From a candidate division FCPU426 bacterium (GTDB taxonomy: Bacteria; Oederibacteriota; JAAXVQ01; JAUVAV01): a stretch of 64,000 nucleotides of DNA. Every line of letters starts with the position of its first letter. The stretch's first letter is position 1. The DNA lies in contig JBFLYH010000002.1 in assembly GCA_040756875.1 (NCBI GenBank), positions 414,526 to 478,525 on the forward strand, written 5' to 3'. Below are positions 54,945 to 64,000 of this stretch, piece after piece. The notes under the pieces were generated by a model. It made no database searches. It saw nothing but the letters and a program-made list of their open reading frames with translations, and was not told where the DNA came from. The position numbers and the translations under genes were made by a program.

Positions 54945-56067
54945 GGCGTTTGCACAACTCCCCGGCCAGTGCTTCCAGCGCACGGGCGGATTTTTCCCAC
55001 GAAAAACGTTCCAGTTGCCTTCCGCCGGCCTCGGTCAGCTTCGCCGCCGCGTCGGAATCCAGCAGCGAATTCAAGGCGCCGGCTATGGCTGACTCGGACA
55101 GTGGATCGAAATACACCGCGCCGTCGCCGGCTACTTCCCGCAACACGGGCAAATCCGAACACGCCACCGGCGTGCCGCAGGCGAACGCCTCCAGCACCGG
55201 AATGCCGAAACCTTCATACAGCGTCGGAAACACCAAGGCCGTGGCGCCCTGATACAGGCCGGGCAATTCGGCCAGCGGCAGATGTCCGGTCAGCAGCACC
55301 CGTTCGGACAAGCCCAGTTTCTCAATCTCAGCCCGGACGGTCTCTGAATCGTCCAGATCCTGTTTGGGGCCTGGTTGGCCGACCAAAACCAGGGATATCC
55401 CCGAATGGGCCCTGGCCACTTCGGCGAACGCCCGGATCAGCCGCGGCAAATTTTTTCTTTTTTCCATGACCCCGACGTGCAGAAAATATCTCTTCGGCCG
55501 CAGTCCCCGGCCAGCCAGCGCCGGGGCGATCTGCCCGGGCAGGGCAGGCCGGTACACCTCGCGGTTGCAGGCCGGCGGCACCACCGCGATCTTGTCCGCC
55601 GGCACCTTAAACAGTTCCGCGATTTGCCGCTTGGCCGTTTCGGTAATCGTGACGATCCGGCCGGCCGAACGGATCGCCGGTTTATAGATCCATTGAAACA
55701 GCATCAGCCAAAAACGGTTGTACTCCGCCGGGCGCAGAATGAACGCCGCATCATAGACGACCACCAGGCGCGGCAGCGGGCAAAAGCGGGGCGACAGGTA
55801 TTCCGGGGAGAGCAGAACGTCGCATCCCTTCCGCCAGGCCAGAAACGGCAGCTGGATTTGAATCCACCCCCACAGGCGCGCGTGGTTCCATATGGTGCCC
55901 CACTTGCCGCCGGATTTCACCGGATACTCTTCGGGAATGAATTCCCGGATCTCCGTCGGGCTGCCGCCGCGCCGCCAGACGCCCAGCAATTCCCGGATAT
56001 ACACGCCCGCCCCGGTCCGGGCAGTGGCCAGACAGGCCAGATCCATCCCTATCCGCAAGGGGTTCAC
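54925..56067 (-). CDS. Glycosyltransferase family 4 (MtfB-like)
   Basis: TGAGVY; KRKNL; YEGFGIPVLEAFACGTPV. Confidence 0.9.
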   Translation of the reverse strand: MNPLRIGMDLACLATARTGAGVYIRELLGVWRRGGSPTEIREFIPEEYPVKSGGKWGTIWNHARLWGWIQIQLPFLAWRKGCDVLLSPEYLSPRFCPLPRLVVVYDAAFILRPAEYNRFWLMLFQWIYKPAIRSAGRIVTITETAKRQIAELFKVPADKIAVVPPACNREVYRPALPGQIAPALAGRGLRPKRYFLHVGVMEKRKNLPRLIRAFAEVARAHSGISLVLVGQPGPKQDLDDSETVRAEIEKLGLSERVLLTGHLPLAELPGLYQGATALVFPTLYEGFGIPVLEAFACGTPVACSDLPVLREVAGDGAVYFDPLSESAIAGALNSLLDSDAAAKLTEAGGRQLERFSWEKSARALEALAGELCKRHAEKNH

Positions 56068-57950
56068 AGCGCCTGAAACTCCTTCGTTTCAGACGGCGCC
56101 CGAAGATCGGCGTTATTCTGGAAAACCCAGCCAATCAGCCACCAGGTAATGAAAACCAGGAAGTAATTAATGTAAACCTGCGACGTCATTCCCAGAATCA
56201 CAATACTGGAAAGCGCGGCTAAAGCAATTACAGCAACCCACTGAACAATTTCATTCTTGTTCTGCATGATTACCCTTGCTAGAGCGGCCAGAACGATGCC
56301 ATGTAAAAAGATGAAAAGCCCCATGCCCATCAAGCCGATTTCCCTTCCCAAAATGAGATATTGATTCTCGCCGCCGACAGTGCCCTGAAATCGTTTCCCA
56401 ATAAATCCCGCGCTGCCAAGTCCGGTACCCGTCATTTGTTGTTGGATGATATCCACGCTTTTCTTCCATTCTCCCAAGTGCCCCTGCGCTGAAGCTTCCT
56501 GGAAGGTTGCTGTACCAAATATCCATTGGCTTAACTCATTGGTGGCAAAAATAATCAGCGCCAAGGCTGCCGTTAGCCATATTAACCGCCACCCCAAGTG
56601 GAGATGTCGGTGGTGTAAAAACCAGGTCAGCAGCAACAGTTCGACACCCGCGCCGAAAATCGCCGCCCGGGTAAAGGCGAGTAAAAATACCGACATTAAA
56701 AAGGAAAAAACCAAAATACGGAGCGTCGATTGTTTGGCATTCCTGGCCTGCGCGCACCAATAAACAGTCACAGGTATGATTAGTATCATGGCATAGGCAA
56801 AATCGATAGGGCCTAGGAAAAAACTGCCCAGACGCCGGACAATGTACCCTTCCAGCCAAAAAGTGAATGGCAAACCATTCGGCGTAGGGAAAACACTATT
56901 AAATGAGTGTTTAATATAATCCGTATATCCCAAATGAAGCCAGATATCGGTAAGCACGAAGCCCTTTTCCAGCGCGCCGGCCAGACAGGCCGCGATACCC
57001 AAGGCCAGCATGGCCAGGAAAAACCGCTTGATTTGATCAGAAGACAGGCTGAACATCCGCCCCAGGTAAAAACAAACGATAAAATACACATTGTAGCGGA
57101 GGCTGTACAGCGCGGCATGGGGCACCGCCGAACCCCGGGCCTGGTAAAAGGCGGCGAAATTGAAAACCACGAAAACCGCCAACAGGAAATCCGTCCACCC
57201 CAACCGCGGTTTGGCCTGCCCGCTGAACCAAAGCCAGCCGGCTTTGGCCGCCAATACCACCAGCAGGATGTCCTTCCAGGCCCGAATCAATTTATCGGCC
57301 ATGGGACTCAGGCCGACTTGTTCGGTTAAAAAAGTCATCATTAAATGGTGCACGGGCAGCAGCAGCAGGAACAGCCACAATCCCAGTTGCGGTTTGTGCC
57401 AGGTTAAAACCACCAGCCAACCCAATACCGCCAGGGCGGCCAGGGAATTGTACCTTCCGCTGAACATCAACATGCCGATAAAGCCCGCGAACAACGCCAA
57501 GACAACCGCGGCCGAGCGATCGTCAACAGCGCCTTCCCGGCGTTGTTCAAACCAGGCCAGCCAGAGCCCGAATCCACTCAAGATTGTTTTCAGTTCCCAA
57601 AACGGGATCCAGCCTCTCAGCCAGAGATTGCATAGCGTATTAATTATCATGGCAGCTGACATTCCCAAGCCAAAAACGAAAAGCGGACGGCCAAGGGCCA
57701 GCGCAAAGATGCTGCTGCGGCGGAGGCGGTCAAGCAGATAGGTCGAGGTCAAGCCGGCGGACCAGCTTGCCAGCAAGCCCGTCAATCCCAGGCCGCCGGC
57801 CCACCACTTCAACAGGAGGGAACGGCCGGCTGCCGAACGCACTTTCTCAATCCAGGTGGAGATCAGGGAAGTTGAAAACGCGGCTGTGATTTTATCCCAC
57901 ATGTCGGAAAACGCCCGCGGCTTCCATGCCGATGCAGAAGAGGATTTCAC
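56064..57950 (-). CDS. Wzy/O-antigen ligase-like polymerase with an N-terminal extension
   Basis: WKDI; RLGSFFLGP; FTRAA; GTGLG; ENQYL..G.EIG; multi-TM. Confidence 0.72.
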   Translation of the reverse strand: MKSSSASAWKPRAFSDMWDKITAAFSTSLISTWIEKVRSAAGRSLLLKWWAGGLGLTGLLASWSAGLTSTYLLDRLRRSSIFALALGRPLFVFGLGMSAAMIINTLCNLWLRGWIPFWELKTILSGFGLWLAWFEQRREGAVDDRSAAVVLALFAGFIGMLMFSGRYNSLAALAVLGWLVVLTWHKPQLGLWLFLLLLPVHHLMMTFLTEQVGLSPMADKLIRAWKDILLVVLAAKAGWLWFSGQAKPRLGWTDFLLAVFVVFNFAAFYQARGSAVPHAALYSLRYNVYFIVCFYLGRMFSLSSDQIKRFFLAMLALGIAACLAGALEKGFVLTDIWLHLGYTDYIKHSFNSVFPTPNGLPFTFWLEGYIVRRLGSFFLGPIDFAYAMILIIPVTVYWCAQARNAKQSTLRILVFSFLMSVFLLAFTRAAIFGAGVELLLLTWFLHHRHLHLGWRLIWLTAALALIIFATNELSQWIFGTATFQEASAQGHLGEWKKSVDIIQQQMTGTGLGSAGFIGKRFQGTVGGENQYLILGREIGLMGMGLFIFLHGIVLAALARVIMQNKNEIVQWVAVIALAALSSIVILGMTSQVYINYFLVFITWWLIGWVFQNNADLRAPSETKEFQAL

Positions 57951-58453
57951 GGTTTCGCGAAAGGTTGGTAATCCTGACTGATGATTTCGCCCAGCTGGTT
58001 GACCCGGGAGTTGTTCAGCTCAAACTCCTGGCCGATTTGGAGTTTCAAAACGAACGAGGAATGGCTATAGATCATTTTCGAGGGATAAACCAGCACCGGC
58101 CGGTTGAAAAGCACATGCAATTTGACTTCATTTTTAAAGGGGTGGTTTTCGACGACCAACCGCCCGTTGACGTCGTTGTTGACGATCTTTTCCGGCGTGA
58201 CCGAAAGGATGTTGTCGATCGAGCCATACGACCGCACGCCGCTTTTAAAGCGCAGGCTGTACAACTTGTCGCCCGCTTGCAACGAATCAATGACCGCCTG
58301 CGGCTGGTTCTTCAGCATCACGCCGACTCCGGTGATTTGCCCGATCGGTTTCGCTCCTCCAATTACTTTGGTTCCAAAGAAAATCGCGGCACCGAAAAAC
58401 AGAATCAAGACCGACCAATCAATAAAATTGAATCTCTTTATAGGATTTTCCAC
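57947..58453 (-). CDS. Single-TM hypothetical protein (DUF4330-like)
   Basis: GTG start after gggaggg; FNFIDWSVLILF anchor; LQAGD; LQIGQEF. Confidence 0.55.
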   Translation of the reverse strand: MENPIKRFNFIDWSVLILFFGAAIFFGTKVIGGAKPIGQITGVGVMLKNQPQAVIDSLQAGDKLYSLRFKSGVRSYGSIDNILSVTPEKIVNNDVNGRLVVENHPFKNEVKLHVLFNRPVLVYPSKMIYSHSSFVLKLQIGQEFELNNSRVNQLGEIISQDYQPFAKP

Positions 58454-58695
58454 CTTGGAACCCTCCCGGAAAGGCGGTATGTTACGGCAACTATACCTGA
58501 AAGTCAAATTAAAACGGCCCTCAAACCGGGGGCCGAACCAGCAGCATTGTACCTCGATTGCACTTTTCGCGATACTTAAAAAATATGGCCGGAAAAGGCT
58601 TGAAAACACAGCCTGACCACTATATTCTGGCTGCTGATTGCGGGCATGGTAATAGCCCTGAATGCCTTACTCTTTTCCGGGAAAGCACGGTTTTC

Positions 58696-60234
58696 ATGAT
58701 TCCTGGCAATGCTCAGCGTTCCATCCGAATACTCCAAGCCGCCCTGATGGCTGTCGCTGCCTGCTATATCGGTCTGTACATCTGGGTGGCGCTCCAGCGC
58801 CTGGGATATCCCTTTGAATTGGAATGGATCGAAGGCGCGATGGTGGATACAGTCCAAAGGATCCTGGACGGAAAGCCGTTGTTTGTCCAACCTTCCTTGG
58901 ATTACGGCTATTTCATGTACACCCCGTTGTATTTCTGGATTTCAGCCGCCGTGGCTAAATGGATCGGCATCGGGTTTCTTCCCTTGCGATTGGTTTCCTT
59001 TGCCTCCTCGCTGGGGTGTCTGGCCCTGATTTACGCCCTGGTTTTCCATGAAAACCGCAGCCACTGGGCCGGGATGGTCGCTGCCGGCTTGTTTGCGGCT
59101 ACTTTCAAAATAAGCGGAGCCTGGTTCGACATTGCGAGGCTCGACTCCCTGTTCCTGCTTTTCACCCTGGCGGCGCTGTATAGCCTGCGCCGCTCCCGGC
59201 TGGCCTGGACGTGGCAACTACTGACCGGGGTCATGCTTTTTCTGGCATTGCTTGCCAAGCAGGCGGCGCTGATCATCTTTGCGCCGGTGTTGCTGGCCGG
59301 GCTGTGGTTTGAGCCCCGAAAAACGGCGCCGGCCGTCCTGATTGCCGCGGTAATGAGCGCGGCCGCCTACGGCTGGGGCAATTGGGTTTCCCACGGCTGG
59401 GTCCATTATTACCTGTTCGAACTGCCCAGGCACCATCCGTTGCTGCCGAATATCTTCCTGGATTATTGGACCTTGGATTTGTTGAAACCCATGCCCATCG
59501 CCCTGGGTTTGTCCTTGTGGGCAGCCGTTCTTTTTTTAAGGAACCAACAGCCTGGCAATTATTTTTACGGATTAGCCGGTCTGGGCATGGTGGGCGCTTC
59601 TTATCTGTTCCGCCTGCATTTCGGCGGCTACAACAACGTGCTTTTCCCCGTGTACGCCTGGCTGGCCATGGGTTTCGGCTTGGCGTTGCCCGAGATCCTG
59701 CGTCGGCTGCAATCGCCGGCCTCGGAACCGCGCCCATGGACTGTCGGGACGGCTGTCCTGGTCCTGGGCCTGTGCCTGCTCCAGTTCGGAATGCTGTTTT
59801 ACGATCCTTCCAAGCAGATCCCCACCCCGGCTGACCGTCAAGCCGGCCTGGCTTTCATTGAAAAAATGAAGTCCTTCCCCGGCGATGTCTATGTCCCTTT
59901 CACCGGTTATTTGCCGACTTTGGCCGGCAAAAAGACCTTTCTCCACCAAGGCACACTGGCCGACATTCTGATCAAAGGCCGGGCGGACAGGACCAGCAAA
60001 CAATTGTCGGAAGAAATCCGGCAGGCCATCCGCGAACAAAAGTTTGCGGCCCTGATTACAATCAATGGCGATCTGGCGGACAACCGGTCGCGGTTTCTGG
60101 AGCTTTTCGGTGAGGATATGCGTGGTTATTACCGGCTCGAGGAACAACTCGCCTGGGGGGACTGCTTCATGCCGGTTACCGGCGCGCCCCGCCGGCCGGA
60201 AAACGTGTGGGTGCCGGTAAAGACCCAGCAATGA
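58696..60234 (+). CDS. GT-C (family 39-like) membrane glycosyltransferase, opposite strand to the cluster
   Basis: YPFELEWIEG; YTPLY; RLVS; ARLDSL; AKQ. Confidence 0.78.
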   Translation: MIPGNAQRSIRILQAALMAVAACYIGLYIWVALQRLGYPFELEWIEGAMVDTVQRILDGKPLFVQPSLDYGYFMYTPLYFWISAAVAKWIGIGFLPLRLVSFASSLGCLALIYALVFHENRSHWAGMVAAGLFAATFKISGAWFDIARLDSLFLLFTLAALYSLRRSRLAWTWQLLTGVMLFLALLAKQAALIIFAPVLLAGLWFEPRKTAPAVLIAAVMSAAAYGWGNWVSHGWVHYYLFELPRHHPLLPNIFLDYWTLDLLKPMPIALGLSLWAAVLFLRNQQPGNYFYGLAGLGMVGASYLFRLHFGGYNNVLFPVYAWLAMGFGLALPEILRRLQSPASEPRPWTVGTAVLVLGLCLLQFGMLFYDPSKQIPTPADRQAGLAFIEKMKSFPGDVYVPFTGYLPTLAGKKTFLHQGTLADILIKGRADRTSKQLSEEIRQAIREQKFAALITINGDLADNRSRFLELFGEDMRGYYRLEEQLAWGDCFMPVTGAPRRPENVWVPVKTQQ

Positions 60235-60300
60235 TCGAATTGACCTGGGCGATCAATATAAAAAGAACGCTGAAAACAATTTAAAGCACTCAGTCGAACG

Positions 60301-60417
60301 GGTGCTTGGCGCATGATTGAGAACGCGTTTGCGAAAAGGACTGGTAGGCCTACCTTTTCGCAAGCCGAGGCTGCCCTCCCTATGGCAGCCGTCGTTCGAA
60401 ATCATGTGTCAAGCACC
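60301..60417 (+). other. Intergenic multi-stem structured element (candidate ncRNA or MITE)
   Basis: 18-bp outer stem with two G:U pairs enclosing 11-bp and 7-bp hairpins. Confidence 0.5.
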
Positions 60418-60449
60418 TTAAACCGGCACTCTCTAAACGCTCTTTAAAT

Positions 60450-62093
60450 TTATTCAACAGGATTTGCAGGCGAGAGTTTAAAGAGGTACCAGCCGGCTCC
60501 CTGGTCGTTCAGCGGACGGAAAGCGGCCACTTCCCACGTTCCTTGAAAATCCCGCAGCCGCTGCAACCCTAAATGGCTCCAATTTTCCAGAACCAGCGGT
60601 TTTTCGGCCATAAGGCGCGTCGGTTCTTCCGGCAAGTACAAAGCCAGATAGCGGCCGTTTTTTGCCGTCAAATAGTCGAGCTCCCTGCCGGTCTGTACAA
60701 ACTGCCGGAAGTACTGGTCCGAACCGGCGACCCCGTCCAAGGGAATCACCCGGCGCTGCGAAAACTGCGCAAAGCATCCCGGCCAAAAAGCGCCGACAGG
60801 CTCGGAGGCCGGAACGATCCTTTCGATGTCCCGGGCGAGATTCAGCCGTTCGACCCAGTAGGGCAGCGGTTCCACGCGGCGGCCGGAGGCGTTCCAGATG
60901 ACCGCCCCGGACAGTGCCGCGCAGACGGCCGCGGCCGCCCACAGCCGGACCTTGCCGGCAGCTCGGTTTCGATTCGAATCCAGCCAGGCCCAAAGCGCGC
61001 TGCCGGCTGTAACCAGCACCCATAAAATTTCAGGCAGAAAATAATAGGCCGTGTAAACGCGCAATTCCCGGTAAAACACGTGCATGTACAGGGCGTGCAG
61101 GATAATGGCCAGGCTGAACACGCGGAATCCCGCGGTAACTTCCCGGCGCTTCCAGATCCACCAGCAGGCTCCGGCCGCAACCGCGAGCGTCACCCCTGCC
61201 TTGACAGCCGTGCTAGCCCGCTCCAGCCAGGGCAAGGGGGCTGCAAACGCATGGAACCAGCCCTGCCATTCATCCGACCTGAAATAGCCGGCCCAGGTTG
61301 GGTAGAAAGCATTCAGATAATGCAACTTGACCCGCCCGCTGATGGGCATGACCGAGCCTTGCGTCAGGATATTGGCTGTCAGATAAGGGGCCACGGCCAG
61401 GGTCAGGACCGCTCCAAAAACCAAAGCAGAGGCGCGCGGTGCTTTCCAGGCCAGCCACAACCCAACCACCAGCCCCACCCAGAACAAATCCGTGCGGCAG
61501 AAAAAGCAGACGGCCGCCAAAACGCCCAGCCCGCCCGCCCGCAAGGGTGAAAGCCGCCTTACGGCTTCCCCCTCCAACCGAGACAGCGAAAGCAGGGTAA
61601 GCATAACAGCCCCCAAAGCCAGCGGCACTTCCAGACCCTTGACCGCGATGCTTTGAAAACCCGGATTTAATATATAGGCGGCTAACACCGCGGCCAAAGC
61701 CGCTTGGGCAGGTAAGGATCCCTTTTTTCCGCCGATGAACCACCCGGCCAGAAAGGCAAACACAACGTAGCAGCCCCAGGATAGAACCGCTAACAGTTTC
61801 AGGGAATCCGCGCCTGGGAATGAACGCTGCAGCAGGATTTGCAGCAGCATCCACAAAGGCTGGACACCGTTGGTGGGCATTTCCCCGTCCAGGGTCAGGA
61901 TGCCATGTTGCAGAAACTGCTTGGCCAACACCGAATAGAAGAAGGCGTCATCCGTCAACAAGCCGCAACGAACCAGATCCAGCGGGTTCCACAACAGGAA
62001 ACGGCTGAGTTGGATACCCGCCGCCACGGCAAACGCGGCGCCCCAAGCCAGGCGCAGCCAAACATCCCTGCGGGCATTCGATGAGTCATTCAT
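60450..62093 (-). CDS. GT-C-like membrane protein
   Basis: TDDAFFY; TNGVQPLW; GLE; RTD; LDG; multi-TM. Confidence 0.7.
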   Translation of the reverse strand: MNDSSNARRDVWLRLAWGAAFAVAAGIQLSRFLLWNPLDLVRCGLLTDDAFFYSVLAKQFLQHGILTLDGEMPTNGVQPLWMLLQILLQRSFPGADSLKLLAVLSWGCYVVFAFLAGWFIGGKKGSLPAQAALAAVLAAYILNPGFQSIAVKGLEVPLALGAVMLTLLSLSRLEGEAVRRLSPLRAGGLGVLAAVCFFCRTDLFWVGLVVGLWLAWKAPRASALVFGAVLTLAVAPYLTANILTQGSVMPISGRVKLHYLNAFYPTWAGYFRSDEWQGWFHAFAAPLPWLERASTAVKAGVTLAVAAGACWWIWKRREVTAGFRVFSLAIILHALYMHVFYRELRVYTAYYFLPEILWVLVTAGSALWAWLDSNRNRAAGKVRLWAAAAVCAALSGAVIWNASGRRVEPLPYWVERLNLARDIERIVPASEPVGAFWPGCFAQFSQRRVIPLDGVAGSDQYFRQFVQTGRELDYLTAKNGRYLALYLPEEPTRLMAEKPLVLENWSHLGLQRLRDFQGTWEVAAFRPLNDQGAGWYLFKLSPANPVE

Positions 62094-62143
62094 GCGTTCG
62101 AGCGCGCTCCTGATATTATGAACAGATACAGCGACTAAGCTGG

Positions 62144-63076
62144 TTAACGTATGCGCGAGGGAATGTGTCCCATGAGTCCGCTCCACAATCCCTTAATAAT
62201 TCCCAGCGCTTTATTGGGCCTTCCCAAAATAACTTGCGTGAATATAATTGCGATCCGGGTAACCACAATGGTTAAATAACCCAGCATTATTTGCCACCAT
62301 CGTCCGTGTTTACGCAACAGCCAGAAACGATTGCGGGTAGCGATGAACCATTTATAGCGGCTGACCGTTCCCTGCAAAGCCGGGCCGGCGTTTTTCTTGA
62401 ACGACACGGCATGATGATGAATAACCACCGCCTGGGGGGCGAGCAGGAGCGTCCAGCCGTCTTTCAGCAGGCGCAGGGACAGGTCGGCGTCCTCGAAGTA
62501 CGCGTGAAAAGCCTCGTCAAACAAACCGGTCTGTTTCAGGGCTGCGGCGCGGAACAGCGGGCAGCAACCGTTCAGGAACCCGATTTCCCTTGCGGCGCGC
62601 TCTTGCGGGTTCGGATCAGGCTTGAGTTCGCCCGGGTGACAGGGTCTCAGCGTGGCGCGAGTGAAATAACCGCCGTTAAAATATAGGGTGCCCGCAGGTT
62701 CGTAATAGAATATTTTCGGGGCCACGGCGCCGGCTTGAGGATGGCCGCGCAGGGCGTCTAGCATTTTTTCCAGGCAGTCGGGCTTCAACAAGGTGTCATT
62801 GCTGGGCGTCACGACATAATCCGCACCGGCCTCCAGGGCCCGGCGCAAGCCGATATTCATGCCGCCCGCGAAGCCGACGTTGACTGGCTGGAAAACGTAT
62901 TCCACGCGCGGATAGGCGGCGCGCAACGGCGCTTCCAAGCCGTCCGTGCTGCCGTTGTCCACGACGATGATCCGGTCCGGCGGACGCGTCTGGCTCTCGA
63001 GCGTGGCCAGGCAAGCCAGGGTGTCCTCCCGGCCGTTCCAGCTCAGCACCACGGCCCAGACGGAATCAGGGTTCAT
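62144..63076 (-). CDS. Glycosyltransferase family 2 (WbbL/rhamnosyltransferase-like)
   Basis: VVLSWNG; VDNGSTD; NVGFAGG.N; GLFDE.F.AYFED.DLSLR; RNR. Confidence 0.9.
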   Translation of the reverse strand: MNPDSVWAVVLSWNGREDTLACLATLESQTRPPDRIIVVDNGSTDGLEAPLRAAYPRVEYVFQPVNVGFAGGMNIGLRRALEAGADYVVTPSNDTLLKPDCLEKMLDALRGHPQAGAVAPKIFYYEPAGTLYFNGGYFTRATLRPCHPGELKPDPNPQERAAREIGFLNGCCPLFRAAALKQTGLFDEAFHAYFEDADLSLRLLKDGWTLLLAPQAVVIHHHAVSFKKNAGPALQGTVSRYKWFIATRNRFWLLRKHGRWWQIMLGYLTIVVTRIAIIFTQVILGRPNKALGIIKGLWSGLMGHIPSRIR

Positions 63077-64000
63077 GTTTCCTCGCGCATGGCCAGATTA
63101 ACCGGCCACCAGCCTGCCCCGGCCCAGCGTTCCAAAACCCACAATCCGCCCAGGTAGATCCCGGCGCCCAGGGCGATTTTGACCGCCAGTCCGGTCCAGC
63201 CCAGCCAGGGGGAGAAACGCACGGCCACGGCCATGACAGCGGCCAACCCGACATATCCGGCCACATGTTTTAAGCTGGGCCACAATTGCAGCCTGATCCG
63301 GATCAAGCCCCAGGACAAGACCAGGCTCAGGAACGTGGCCAGGCATAAAGACCAGGCCGCGCCCCGGATGCCCAGTGCGGGAATCAGCAGTAAATTCCCC
63401 AGCAGGTTCGCGCCCAACGTGCACCCGACAATGACCACGATCAAGTGGGGCTGATCCTTGGCCATGAACAGTCCCCCGGAATTCAAATGGCAGCCCAGGA
63501 TGAGGGTATAAAGGGCCAAAATCGGGAAAACCGGGATCGCAGCCTGATACTGGCTGCCCAGGATCAGATGGACCAGGTCCGGTCCCACGGCCCACAAGCC
63601 CAGGGACAGCGGCGCGGAAACCAAGGTCATCACATTGGTTGAAAGCCGGTAATCAAGCGCCAGGGCCGCTTCGTCCTCCCGCCCTACGGCCGCAACGAAA
63701 CGCGGATAGATCAGCACCGCCAGGAACGAAGGCAGCATGTACACCACCCCGAAAAAAGCCAGGGCGCCGGAGTAGTACCCCGCTTGCTGCGCGTCGGTCA
63801 TCCCTCTGACCAGGATCACGTCCAGACGCTGGTGCAAAGTCTCCAGGATGGAAAGCAGTATCATCCATTTGCCGAAGGCGAAGATTTTGGAATAAAAACG
63901 CTCCTCAGCCACGGGCTTGGCCTGCAGCAGATCCCGGCCCAGGCGGATACCCGGCAGCACGGACAGCAACAGCGGGGCCGCCAGAAAAATGGCGTAGAGC
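63073..64000 (-). CDS. Second Wzx-type flippase (5' part outside the window)
   Basis: RLDVILV; AGYYS; NLLLIPALGIRGAA; multi-TM. Confidence 0.8.
   Translation of the reverse strand, partial: LYAIFLAAPLLLSVLPGIRLGRDLLQAKPVAEERFYSKIFAFGKWMILLSILETLHQRLDVILVRGMTDAQQAGYYSGALAFFGVVYMLPSFLAVLIYPRFVAAVGREDEAALALDYRLSTNVMTLVSAPLSLGLWAVGPDLVHLILGSQYQAAIPVFPILALYTLILGCHLNSGGLFMAKDQPHLIVVIVGCTLGANLLGNLLLIPALGIRGAAWSLCLATFLSLVLSWGLIRIRLQLWPSLKHVAGYVGLAAVMAVAVRFSPWLGWTGLAVKIALGAGIYLGGLWVLERWAGAGWWPVNLAMREET

Noticed and set aside
1-64000. tRNA/rRNA genes or prophage
   Set aside because: No cloverleaf, rRNA signature or phage structural genes recognised.

Overview
GC-rich bacterial chromosomal window with most genes on the minus strand. 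(1) 1-4 kb: end of a PAP2 phosphatase gene, an OprO/P-like porin and a large acidic membrane-anchored protein carrying an AT-hook. (2) 4-12.5 kb: a LexA-led mutagenesis cassette (orf-lexA-gyrI-like...dinB-GIY-YIG-like-dnaE2) interrupted by a DUF559 nuclease, a REP-bounded AT-rich HEPN-like gene and a REP-associated tyrosine transposase. (3) 12.7-16.4 kb: a tightly coupled operon with an ArsM-like methyltransferase, a 41-aa double-CC peptide missing from the ORF track, a radical SAM/SPASM enzyme, thioredoxin, thioredoxin reductase and a Cse60-like protein. This is the best candidate for an undescribed system (RiPP and/or arsenic/metalloid chemistry). (4) 16.4-20.6 kb: a gingipain-like C25 peptidase with a T9SS-like C-terminal domain whose propeptide is a separate gene. 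(5) 20.8-24 kb: a Cys-to-Ser pseudophosphatase, a DUF2914 protein and cls. (6) 24-64 kb: a ~40 kb mosaic surface-glycan cluster (GT2/GT4/GT9, several GT-C enzymes, two priming transferases, two Wzx, three Wzy/WaaL-like) containing several palindromic repeat and MITE families. No rRNA, tRNA or CRISPR array was seen. All family assignments come from motifs recognised by eye, not from database searches.
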